Below are positions 51,912 through 64,000 of a DNA stretch of 64,000 nucleotides, piece by piece. A program made the translations under genes and the position numbers. The notes under the pieces were generated by a model. The model did no database searches and was not told the origin of the DNA. It saw only the letters and a program-made list of their open reading frames with translations. The DNA is from Camelus ferus (lineage: Eukaryota), in assembly GCF_009834535.1 (NCBI RefSeq), contig NC_045696.1, positions 93,374,001 to 93,438,000 of the forward strand, in the 5' to 3' direction. The first letter of the stretch is position 1, and each line of letters opens with the position of its first letter.

Positions 51912-53309
51912 CAAGATGCAAGTTCAATCTGATCACACAGGACACTAGTTTCTAAACACAGTGCAACAAGTGTCACTGAAGTGAAGGGAATAAAAATATT
52001 GCAGAAGCAAGCAAACATATGAACATGCAGGCCTTTAATAATATCCACTATCCATTGCTGCCATCTAGTAGACAAGTCTGCTTTCGATTTTTCACCCTTT
52101 ATGAGCATCTTTTTCACGACTTCATCATCACGCTTTGGCTCTCTCTCCCTCTCTGTGGGATCCAGGCCTGCCCATTCTCGGCTCCTAATCTCCTCAGGTA
52201 GTTTTCATTCCCTAAACTTTTCAATAACCCAAATTAAAAACAATGCATGAACATTTGTTAATTTGAATAATAAGGTTTGAGATTTACTGCAACTTCTTTG
52301 ACATTGGTTTAAGTAAGATATTTTCAAACTATTAACAGGTCAGATCTTCCTTCTAAAGGCCTCATCTCAAGAAGGCAGCATTCCCCATTAGCAGCAAGTG
52401 TTCTTTCCGAAAGCGAGATAAATTGGATAGTTGATTATCATTGTGCTGATGAAACGATCTATCAGTAATGCCAGTTTCTTGAAGTATAGACCCAAGACCT
52501 GAATATAATTATTGTAAAAGACTGGAATATCAAATATTTTCTGTGCTGATATGCAATAAAATGAGCCCTAATTTGTAGGAAAAAAATATCCACTATTTAG
52601 AGAGGCATAGTCTATAAACATGAATGGACTGTAGAAAATAATAGAAATATTCTGTCTTGAGCCAATTCCTCACCTGCATCTCAGCCAGAATCTAAGAGAA
52701 AGCTCTCAGTCCAGCCACTTCCTACTTGAGAGGGGTACGATCTAGAAGTATGTCTACTGTGAAACAAACTTTAGGCAACAATGACCAAATACCCAAGGAC
52801 TCAAAACAGAAGCACGGAACGGCAGTCTGGCTGACTTTTCATCCAGGGGTGAACATGAAGAAGCAGGAGAACAAACCCATTCCTGGCAGTACTGCCTGAG
52901 CTGCTGTCACACCTAACAGGCCCTCAGCCAGGCTTGCTAGATGGGGAGCCTGGATGTCCAACAAATTCTAAAAGAAACAGCAGCATAAATCTCTTTGACC
53001 ACGCTGCTCACATCCCCACTTCCCTTCCTTTGGTCCTCAGGGAAATGAATGACAATATATACCAAAAAACCTCCATCTTGTTTGTAAAGAGGAAGATCTG
53101 AAGGGAGTCAAGGAGATGTCTCCCACCCTATTTTAGGGAAAACAGCAGAAACACGTAGATCGGCCCCTAGTCAAAGGTAAGGAAGTTGCATGAGGAGAAG
53201 GATCATATTGATTTTGTTCATTCTTCTAAGGCCAGTACCTCTGGCAGCACCTGGCATAAAAGGTGCTCAATAAAGATTTGATGAACAAGTTATTATTGCA
53301 AGAGGTAGG

Positions 53310-53490
53310 AGTACAGATTTTGAAGTTAGAGAGGTGGTTAAGCAGCTTAATTCTGCAACATCTTAGCTTTGTGTCCTGGGACGAGTTATAAAATGCTTTG
53401 TATCCTCATATATGCAATTCAGGTAACAGTCATATTTTGTTGTGGGGATGAAAAGACATAATATTTTCAAGACATTCAGCACATGACTCT
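53310..53490 (+). mobile_element. MIR SINE preceded by an L2 tail (~53190-53285)
   Basis: ggtgctcaataaagatttgatgaa; cttagctttgtgtcctgggacgagtta. Confidence 0.6.
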
Positions 53491-55235
53491 GCTGGTTATT
53501 TTCCCTTTGGTCTGCCAGCTTAGTTGTCCAGTAACATTGTTTCTACCTCTTACCTCTTCAGGTCTATGAACTGGTAAGCATTCCCCACCAATTCCTCAAC
53601 ATCCTTTATCTGTCCCTTAATCCCTATCACAAGTCTGTAAGGACTACTTACATGAAAGTTTCTCGAATCTTCTGAATTGGATTCTGTTTTCTGATAGGAT
53701 TTAAGAGTGATACAGGGCCTGGAAAGGAATAACAATAATAAAAAAGGATTAACTTTTGGCGGTAGCATTGGCAGGAGTAGCTGCACTGGTAGTGGTCACA
53801 TGAAGTATGGTAGTCAGAGTAGTGCAGTAAGGGTAGTGGCCACTGTTATCATTACGAGCAGAAAGGCTCCAAATATAAAAGAAAAACTGCTACAGCAAAA
53901 GAAAAGTGGCTAAAATGAATACAGTACTCCCTTCTATGGGAGGTAAGTTTAGACTGTACAGGTATTTCATTATTAAGAAAATTGAAGACAATGTGGAATT
54001 TTTTTGGATACAAAATGTTTTTAAAATTTGATATAAAAGATTCAGCAACTAAACATAATAACACTAAGGAAAGAAATAATGGAGCAAATTAATGCTTTTA
54101 TAAAACATAATGAATTTTAAACCAGGACATATCTAGAAAATAGAATCAGTTGATAACTTAATTTTAAAAAATAACAAGAAAAAAAATTTTTTAATGAGAA
54201 TTATAAAATAAACATTAGAACCCACTATATGGATACTTGATCTTCTGAAAAACAGAACAGAAAAAAAATTCAAAGAAATATTAGCATTAAAGTATTTTAA
54301 TGAATTAACATAGTCCTTAATTTAGAAAGTTTCACTGCCCATGAGAGAGAAGGAAAGAGAAATAGAGAAAGAGAGAGATTGTGTTGGTGAGTTATTAATC
54401 TTCAGTGATTAAAAAAAACCCATTCTTTGTGCAGGTAGAAGAATCAGATCACTACAAAGATAAATAAGTTATATTAGACTTCGCTTTCAGAAATTCTGGA
54501 TAAGAGAAAGCAATAGAACAGTATTATTAACAAGTATTCAATATAAAATTGTGAACCAAAAATTAATTATTCAATCTAGTTTTTCACATGTCAGTTTAGA
54601 AAAATAGGCTTGAATACATGATTCACAAGCCCATATGTGTTTGGTATAAAAAAAATTGTTTGAAGGTGTACTGTAGCCACAAAAAATGCATTAAAATAAA
54701 AAAGTTCACAAATGGGCAAGTCAAGGGACTAAATAAATGACTACTGGTGAATGCAGGGTGATAAAATTGCTTTAATTTCTTTAACTTTCATGGTAAGGAA
54801 CAAGAAATATATCTTTACACTCAAGTTTGTAATGGAGAGACGTGCTTAAATTTGTAAAAAGCAACCACTAATGGAAAACATTAGAGAATCTATATCTTGC
54901 AGATTACTTAAAGAGATGTGTGTGGTTTTGGGATAGGGGTTGAAAGTGTCAATGATGTAGTCATAAGGGTATATAAAAACAAAACATAGATTATATAGCA
55001 TAATATTAAAAACGAAACAAAAATAAGATGAAGGATGTGAAACCAAATATGCCTGTTTAATAATAGTTACAAGTGAAATAGTCATCTTTAAAAAAGAATA
55101 ATTCTCATTCAAAAAAAAAAATCAACTATGTGTAATCCACAAAGAAGATACTGAAATTATATGTTTCAGAAAGTTTGAAGAAAAAAAAATGGTCCAAACA
55201 AAATCAAACAGAAAATGAGTAGGAATCATGCTCAT

Positions 55236-56027
55236 GCCTTTCTCTACCTTCTTAAACATATGGGAAATTTTTTAAATATCTGTTTTACTGCTCTTATATA
55301 ATTTTATAATTTGTGTCATTTTGGAGTCTATTTCTATTGATTTTTCCCTCTCCTGGTTTTGGAACTCTGCAAGTTACTTAGAAACAACTTGATCCTTTGA
55401 AACTTTGTTTTTAAGGTTTGTTAAAGCAGGTCTGGACAGTCTATAGTCCAGAGGCAATTCGGCCCCACTACTGCGGCAATGCTTTTATGAGGACTGACAA
55501 ACACCCTGTGTATAAGGAGGCCTTTCTACTCTGGCTGGTGGGAGCACAGACTATGCTTGGCCCTCTGTGCACTTTGAGGATTGTTCTGCTTATTCCTTTC
55601 CAGTGGGTCTTCCCTCAATCTTGGACTGTTTCCTTACACATGAGCCCAGATCAATGCTGAGCCAATAACTTCAGGGGACCTTTCAGCAGATCTCCTAAGC
55701 TCCCTTTGCTCAGCTGTCTCCTTACTGGTACTCTGCCCTGCAAATTCTATTCATCTTGGATTCCTGAACTTCAAACTCTTCAACATGGCAAGTCTTCCAG
55801 GCTCTGGGTTTGTCTTCTTTTTAACGATGTCCAGAAACTTGCTCTAAGCTGGAGCACTCATAGGTTTCAACTAATTGGTTTTCCTTCTCTTACAAATAAT
55901 TGCCCTATGTTGTCTGTTGCTCAATGTCTGAAAACTATTGCTTCATATATTTTGTACGGTTTTCTAGTTGTGCAATGTGGGAGATAAATCCCCATCTCTG
56001 TTATTCCATCATACAGAAGCAAATGTC
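55236..56027 (-). mobile_element. Isolated old L1 5'-end piece (L1MD-type) inserted antisense into the ancient L1
   Basis: abrupt switch to T-rich bias; right end ctgttattccatcat.cagaagcaaatgtc resembles the reverse complement of an L1MD 5' start; ctcat on both sides. Confidence 0.55.
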
Positions 56028-56149
56028 CTCATACAAAAATCAGACAAACTTGAATTCAAGACAAAAAACATTAAGGTGGAGAGTTATCATCATAACTCAT
56101 CATACACTCCACAAATTTAGCTATATACCATGTACTGGCACTTCTCTGT

Positions 56150-56895
56150 AACTGAGCAATATATCTGCTCTCAAAAAGCTTCTAATGGAATGCAGAAATA
56201 TAGTAATAAATAAATACCCCAAAATGAAATGATCAATAGTGAGTGCTATAGAGTGAAGTAAAGAAGGGTGATATAATAACAAGTGTCTATCAGATCAGAG
56301 ATTGCTGAGACATTGCTATATCAGCTAAGATCTGAATAACAAGAAGGAAGTCACCATGCATAAAACTGGAAGAGGAGCATTCCAGGAAGTGGGACTCGTT
56401 AGCACACTCTAATATGTGAATAATCTCGTCCTGTCCAAAAGAGATGGCCAGTGTGGTTGGAGGATACGGGGGAAAGGGAAGGATAAAGACACCACAAGAC
56501 AGGCTCAAGCCAAATCTATACACTTTATGAGCAGAGTTAAGAGTGTGGATTTACTCCAAGTGGGGTTGGAATGGAAGTCTGTTGGGAGGTTTTAAGCAGG
56601 GGAGCTCATTCATTTAAGCAAGGGAGTTCATTCTAACTTCTATGTGAGAATCAAGAATGGAATCAGGAGATCACTTGAGAGTTGATCTCAGTAATCCAGG
56701 CAAGAGATAACTGACTTAGACCAGGATTATTAGTGGAAAGTGTGGAAGTGAATGGATTTGACATTTGTGTAGAGGTACAGTTAATAAGACTTATTGTTGA
56801 ATTGGATGAGGAAATTCTTTTGATTTTTGGTTTAAATGGGTTTGTAGTCTTACCATTTATTAAGAGAGAGAAGAATAGAAGAAAGTCTAACTGGG
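56150..56895 (-). mobile_element. L2 relic
   Basis: gaagaggagcattccagg, gaggttttaagcaggg, cagtaatccaggcaagagat motifs. Confidence 0.7.
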
Positions 56896-58241
56896 GTATA
56901 TAAAATAAATAAATAACAGCATAAAATATAATGAGAAACAAAGAACTTTAAAACACTTATCTCAATTTTTCACAGACCAAGAAAAAGAAAGCAAAAATAT
57001 AAAGACCAAGTTCTGAGTAATATAAATACTTATTTTACTCTATGCCACTTTAAAAAAGAATATATCTTCTTTTCAAAGTCTCATGAGACATTTACATAAA
57101 TTACCTATATATTAGGCATGAAAGGAACAAATTTTGCCATATGGAAATGGTAGAGACCAGATTTTTTTGGTCATAGTATGATAAAATTGGAAATAAATTA
57201 GGAAATTAGAATAAAATTAAAATGAATACCTAACATTTGGAAATTCTAAAAGTATTTTCTAAGTAACAATTCTTGGGTCAAATAATTATAAATAATTCTT
57301 GGGTCAAAAAGGACTACAAAACCACAATGTAAAAAGAAAAAGATGTTGTTAAAAATCTGTGTAATACATATAATGAATCCAAAGATGTACTCAGGAAAAT
57401 CCATGGCCTTAAAATGTTTCATTAATAAATAAGAAAAAATAAATCAAATACTCAAGTCAAAAAATAAAAATGATCAATAATATAGATAAAAGAAAAATAT
57501 CATAAGGAAGAAACAAATACCAAAAAAGAGGGCTAAAAATGAATAAAATGATAAATCCAAGAGTAGTTTACTGGAAATGCCAAGAAATACATAAATCATG
57601 AACTAAAGCAAAAATAAGAAAACAAAGTTACAGCACATTACAAAAGACATAAAAAATGAAAACAATACATTTTACACAACATTATAATAAGTGAGAAAAG
57701 CTGATCTAAACATACAGATTTTGAGGAAAATATAAATTATGAAACTTGTCAAGAAAAAGGAAGGAAAGGAGAGACTTATAAAATAATAATCCTCTAACTT
57801 CTGTCTTTTAATTTCTTTCAAAACATCAAGCCACAAATAACTTCTAAGTGATTTAAACTGTTTCAGAGCATAAAGACAGCAATCTCTACCTTTGAGATGA
57901 AGTCAGCAAAACTCAAAAACAGTATTTATCAATAAAATCAAAAGAGAGTAAAATTTCAATCCAGCCCTACTTATAAATATTCATGTGTGTATCCCAAATA
58001 AAATGTCAGCAATTTAGAATCCAGGAAAACATAGAAAGTCTTCTAAATCCATGATCAACACAGACTCATTCCAAGAATGCTAGGTGATTCATTATTAGAA
58101 AATCTATTGCTATAAATGACCATTGTTATAATGAGCAAAGGAGGAAATATTATTGTTCCCATAGATTTTCCAAGAAGCAGTTGGTAAAACTCACTATTCA
58201 TTTCTGACTTTTTAAATAAAAGGATTAGATGGGTTGTACCT

Positions 58242-58242
<1 letters not shown>

Positions 58243-58273
<31 letters not shown>
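58243..58273. repeat. (CA)n microsatellite
   Basis: read directly. Confidence 0.95.
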
Positions 58274-58276
<3 letters not shown>

Positions 58277-61200
58277 CTTCATGATGTATATTCTATACAT
58301 GAAACTGAAAGTCTGTGTTGGGCTTAACTGTTTATCTAAGAAGGCTAATTATGAAAAACATGATCAAATAACCTTAGGAATTTCTTCATTAAAAACATCC
58401 TTCTTAAAAATTCATGAAAGTAAAAGACATCATAAAAGCTGAGACACTGTATAAAAGAAACTTGTTTAAATTTATTTAATAGATAAACTAACAAATCTGA
58501 GACCTTTTTTCCCAGCACATCTATTAATATGGCCTGGAAGACTTTCTTCCCTCATAATCAGTTTTGAATTTCTGTACTTAAAAAGTTCCATACAAATCAA
58601 GAACATGATTGTCGTGCTAGCCATTGCAATTAGATAATAGAATAAAATATAATATCTTGCTATTAAAAAGGTAAAATTAATATTTTTATACATAATATCA
58701 TCTGGATGCAATTTTCAAGAAAACATTGAAAAGATATAAAGTAATTAAGAGTTTATAAAGATGGCCAATAACAAAGTTAACATATAGAAATATAGTTTCT
58801 AAATAAACAATAATTAATTAGAAAATATAATACAAGGATAAAATTTATAATATTAAGAACCAAAATATTAAATTATCTAAGTAATAATAAAAAGAAATAT
58901 GTCGAGCTAGTATGATGAAAACTACCAAGGACCATAAAAGACTTAAATAAATAAAAAGACAATTCTTAGTTTTACAGTCAATGCTAAATATTTTTTAAAT
59001 GTCAATTCTTCCTAAAAGAATTTATAAATGTATTAAATCCCAATTAATTTGGATTTTTTCTTAATTTGATAAAAATGATTCTAAGTTTTAACTGCACATA
59101 TAAATGTGGGAAAATATCCAAAGAATTCTGAAGAAAAAAAGAAGAGAAATATGCTTTCATATAGTAAAATGTATTATAAACCAGCAGTTATAAAAATAAC
59201 TGCGTGGTGTAGAAATAGACTGGCATTAATAGAAATGACCAAAGAAACCATGAAATAAACCCATATGTATGAGAATTTAATGTGATAAATTAGACATGTA
59301 AAGTGATATGGAAGGAAGAAGATTCATTATGCAAAAAAAGATGGTGATATGATAACTGAGTAGCCATTTAGAAAAAAAATCCAAAACAAATTTTAGGTTC
59401 ACCAAATATTTGAAGAAAATCCTAAATCCTAAATTTATTAGAATAATGTGTATGTCAAAATTGTATAACAGCTTGTTGAGGAAGTTCTTTCTAAGCTTCC
59501 AAGCATATTGTATCCAGAAGAATAAAAAGAAAGAAAAAAGAGAGAAAGAAGAAAAAGGAAAAGATGAATGGATCTTGACCAAATAAGAATGAAGAACATT
59601 TGACTTGCAGAAACACATGGGTTTGAAGATAATCCCAGGAACTAGGAAAAATATTTGCCATAAAATAATGACAGATGAAGAGTTGATTTCTCTAATTTTT
59701 ATAAATAGAGTAAAAATAAATTTAAAAATATACATGCCATGATGGGAAGAAGGGGGAAAGAGTTGAAAGGCATTTCAGAAAGGACAAGTATAAATGACAG
59801 TGAACATTTGAAAGATATTCCACTTCAAAGAATAAAACTAGCAACAAGTATTTTGAAGAGTGAAACATGACAAAACTCAGTCTTTATTAAGGTTTTGGTA
59901 CACTAGGTACACTCTTAGTTGAAATGTGAGCAGCTTTTCAACAGCATTTAAAATACTTATGAAAAAAGTAAAACACATCTTTTTTAGTCTAGCAATCCAA
60001 TTACTATAGATAAAACCAAGAAAATAATCCTGCAAGTACCTCAACACTCAAAAGAGGAGAGTGTGTGATTTTTACTTGATGTGCTCTGCTGGTTTTGACA
60101 TTTAGTGTTTTGATATTTTCAATCAGTGAACCCAGATTTCCTTCTTTATATTCTGAAACATTTTAGTAAAAAGTAGAAACAACACAAATGTTTATCAAGA
60201 GATGCAACTGAAAGCCACACTATCATTACAATTGATGATGTAAATCTTTATTGACATTGTTGAATGAGAATAACTGCAGGTTAGAAAAACAGCATGTACA
60301 GTGCATTTACATAAAATGACACATATACTTATTTATGTATAAGTGTGTCTATATTGATGAAAAAAAAAGTCAGGAAACATATTCATCTAATAGTTTGCAG
60401 CTTTTGGCCCTGAACTGTGGGATTTGGAGTGATTTCATTTATTTATCTATTTTTACAAATCCTCTGTATTACTTTTATGATTAGTAAAATAGTGAAGTAT
60501 TTACGTTTAGGGAGAAAGATGTGTATCTATGTAACTTCATTTTTAAGTGGAAAAGACAGAAATTATGGAAAAGGGATTTATATCGAAGAATTAGGTCACT
60601 GAGACTAGAATATTTTCAAGAGAATGGACAGAAGCCAAATTGTAGGATTTTTTAGAAAAAAGTAAGTACTAGAGGAGGTAGAAGAGATCAGTTTGGAAAT
60701 TGTTGGACTATTGTTACTTCCCTCCTAGTTCATTACCTCCTTTGTATTGCTCCAGTTTCCTCACGTCTTTTCTGCATTGTCTGCATCTCAATATTAGCCT
60801 CCTCTTCCTCCTCACCTAAGAGATGGTACTTTGTGGTGTGATGTCTAGCTTCCCATTTCCTTGCTCACATCACACTAAGTGATCTATACCAATCCCTCAT
60901 GAAGAGGAGTACAGGCATAGGAAGTGTTTTTCATGTGGATTAAAAATTTACAGTCTTGCAGAAAAATACCATGCACTGGAGCAAGAAATATATTCATTTA
61001 AATGCTACTTTCCTGGCCCTTTTCAAAACTGACTTTCAAAAAAACCCTTTATGTCTCCTTATTTGTATTCTGCCAAATCCCAGTCATCGGCTGTTTTCTC
61101 TATGACCTGTAGTCTTTCATCCACCTTTCACACCTACCCCAGCTGTTCGCATTCTTTCTACCACATTTCCTTCTTTTTTTGTGCCTACATACGTAATAAA

Positions 61201-62073
61201 ACTGGAGGCCTAGAGTTGTTTTTCTGAGTGCAAATGATATTAAGTAAAATATAGTAATTAATTTTTACTTGTAGGAAATACAGCACATTAAAAAAAAGAA
61301 CAAAAAAGGATAAACTAAAGAAATAAGACCACAAAGAGTCAATACCACCTGATAAACAAACGACATTGGCTGAGAATCTAGCCACGTAATGAATGAACTT
61401 TGCGCATACATTTATCCTTTTTAAACAATACTGATGTATGAATTACCATTTTGTGGGGAGAGGGGAATGTCTGTATTACATAGTGGTAATATGTTCTTAT
61501 TTATTGTATATTCTAGTACATTGTCTGCTTCCTCCCTTATTTCCTTCAAGTCGTATTGATTCTCTCCCTCCAGGTGATGCTTTGAATCATTTCACTCTGT
61601 TCCATCTCTACCATCTCCGCTCACTGAGTCTACAACAGAAGCCTGCCAACAAGTGCTCCTCATCTTTAATCGGGAGCCCCTCTCAAGTCAATTCTGCACA
61701 CAGCAGCCAGAGATATTTTCAAAAATATTAATATAAGCATAATAATCCTCAGTTTAAAGCCTTTAAATATCTTCCAATGTTATTTAGCAGAAAATCTAAA
61801 TTTTTACAATTGTTAACATGGCCTGTGAGAGGTTCTGCATCCCCTGGCCTGAGTCAGTTTCCATGTCTTCCTCACAATATGGCATTCTTCACTCACTGAC
61901 CTCCAGACTCCTTGGCCTTCTTTTTAGGTCTAGATGGGTCAAGTGCTTCCTACCTCAGGGCCTACCTGTATGCTGATCTCTCTACCTGGGATTCGCTTCT
62001 TCCCGTTCTTCACCTGGCCAGCACGGTCCCCTCAAGTCTCACTTGGTCCCTCGGGAAGACCTGCCCTTACACC

Positions 62074-62559
62074 TGTGACACATGCTGCGGTTCTCTTGCT
62101 CACTACCTCTCCCAACCTCCTTTGGTATGGCCTCTTGAACTGAGAAATTGAAAAGCTCAGAATTGCACTATTCAGACTTCCTTGCTGCCTGAGGTCTGAA
62201 CTGAATATGATTTATATTCACCAAACAGAAGCCTTCATGGAAGGCTTGAATTCAGAGCTGAGTTAGCTGGAGAGAAAAGCAGGGTGCAAGACACCCATTT
62301 TTATGGCACAGATCTTGGCAGAGCGGATATGGTTCTGGGGTCAGCAGCAAGCATATAGCCCTGCGATTCTGGCAGCAGTCGTACCTTCTTTCATGGCTCA
62401 GTTCTGCAGTATGGCTGTGGACACCATTCATGGCAGTGCATTCTAGGGTCTGTAGTTTAGCACTCATTCTGAAAGCCACCTAATACTCTGCAAAAGAATC
62501 TTCCTTCTTACGCTGCCTAACGTAGATTCTGCTATCTGCAGCTGAACCTTGACTGGTAC
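62074..62559 (+). mobile_element. Old ERVL LTR (LTR33-like) inserted in an L2 (~61570-62720)
   Basis: cagacttccttgc; 3' end gattctgctatctgcagctgaaccttgactggtac; L2-like flanks. Confidence 0.6.
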
Positions 62560-63479
62560 CTGGCCTCTCTTCAATGGAAATCAGGCCCCTCTGTTGCAGT
62601 CTTTTATTGCACTTGACATCTCTTTCAGAGTACTTGTTCTAGCTTGTAACTGCATATTTACTTCTCTGTTTTTCTGTCTCCAGTGCTAGATTCTCAGCTT
62701 TATGAGAGTATAGTAGGTATATCTAACACATAATGATGGAAGAAATTAATAAAAAAGCAAAATATATTGATTCTTCTTTATTCAATGCCTGACTACTGGC
62801 TTTCCTTGGAATCCAGAACTGTAGATACATTCGTTGTTTGAATGTAACTACTATTTGCGACCATCCTTATTCATACTGCATCCATCCAAAGTAATCTTAC
62901 GCTGTTTCACCTTAGCAATACAGACTCCACTAGAAGTTCCTTCTTGAATCTAATCTCATTACAAGGACTAGGGTTAAACTCAATTTCCCTAACAGTCACT
63001 CTTGAAGATAAAAGAATGCATGTTGCAGAGAAAGCGTATAAATAGCTGAGCACAAGAAATCTAGTATGAGATTTTAGGACAACGTGACTAATGTGTCCCT
63101 GCTATACGAAGCCTTCTCTGGGTTTTCTGATACCCAACGTGAAGATGGAAAAGGCTACTGTCACAAAAAAGCAGAATTATCACTGACAGGTGTATTTTCC
63201 TCAATTGTATCATATTCCTTTCAAATTGGACAAATTTCGACAATGTTTGATATTAAAGGATGAAACATATTTAGATTTAGAAAATCATCCATTGTGTTCC
63301 ATCCCCTAGGAAGAAGATCAGGGGATGGATGCTGCATAGTAGATGAAACGAGAGGAAACAAGGCAGCTATATCATGGGAAGAATGAGCTAGCAGGCTCAG
63401 AAGCCTTACCTTTTATGATTGGCATTTACAAGTGTTTTCATATGCAGATCTAACTCATCTTTTGGTGACCTTTGAAGAC

Positions 63480-64000
63480 AGCAAGCCTGTTTTTCCTGGA
63501 TTCCTTATATCAGTGAATGAAATTATCCACCCAGAAACCCAGATATCAACCTGGATTCTTCCCTTTTCCTCATGGATTCATTTTCTCCATCCAATTTGTC
63601 AATAACCACAATTCTTAAAATTTCTCTTTTCTTAATCTTTTTTTCCTCTTTTGTCAGTATTATTAAAACAGCCTCCTAATTGGCATCCCATCACTTCAAT
63701 TTAGAATATGTCTAAAATCCAAATATTATCATGTTACTCCCTTGCTTAAAATCCTTTAGTGGCCTCCCTTTTTAATCAGCCCAGATACTTTGTGATCCTT
63801 CCCAGGCCTTACCACTCCCCCAACCATGCACTCTTTGCACTGTCTTCATTGGAATACTTTAAATTCCCAGAATGCACTAGGTCATCTCCCTATTCCGCAT
63901 CCCCCAGGTTCCTGCACACACTGCTCTACATCCCTGATACCCTCTTCCCACACTCTTTACTTAGCTAACTCTAACTCATTTTACAGAGTTCAGTTTAGAC
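63480..64000 (+). mobile_element. L2 relic (runs off window end)
   Basis: aacagcctcctaattgg, atcatgttactcccttgcttaaaatccttt.gtggc. Confidence 0.75.

Larger units (their letters stand above)
54100..60480 (+). mobile_element. Highly decayed ancient L1 (L1M-type) with nested insertions
   Basis: strong A-rich strand bias; degraded ORF2 landmarks in collinear order (aatcagacaaa, ttcttgggtcaaa, aaatccaagagtagttt, attccaagaatgc, gtcaattcttcctaa, ctagcaatcc). Confidence 0.7.

Noticed and set aside
1..64000. CRISPR array, prokaryotic operon or defence system
   Set aside because: Sequence is mammalian repeat-rich DNA; no regularly spaced repeats or dense gene structure

Overview
Repeat-rich, AT-rich mammalian genomic DNA (intergenic or deep intronic). 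No host protein-coding exon, RNA gene or CRISPR array can be supported. Two tRNA-derived SINEs resembling the camelid Vic-1 family, plus the L1 3' ends, suggest a camelid genome (inference from recalled consensus sequences). The dominant feature is a young full-length LINE-1 on the minus strand (16551-23832). It has a CpG-rich 5'UTR with a YY1 site, an open ORF1, an ORF2 broken only by five small indels, and a doubled 3' end. It sits inside a composite ERV1-type LTR that carries an env TM relic. The window also holds a twin-primed (5'-inverted) L1, several 5'-truncated L1s with target-site duplications (TSDs), two tail-less internal L1 fragments with TSDs, solo LTRs, and old MIR/L2/hAT relics. 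I see no convincing wholly new biological system. The best candidates for something undescribed are (i) two independent chimeric 'LTR head + env tail + second LTR' elements and (ii) a set of non-canonical L1 integration products. Repeat family names are from memory and were not checked against Dfam/Repbase. Boundaries of old repeats are approximate.
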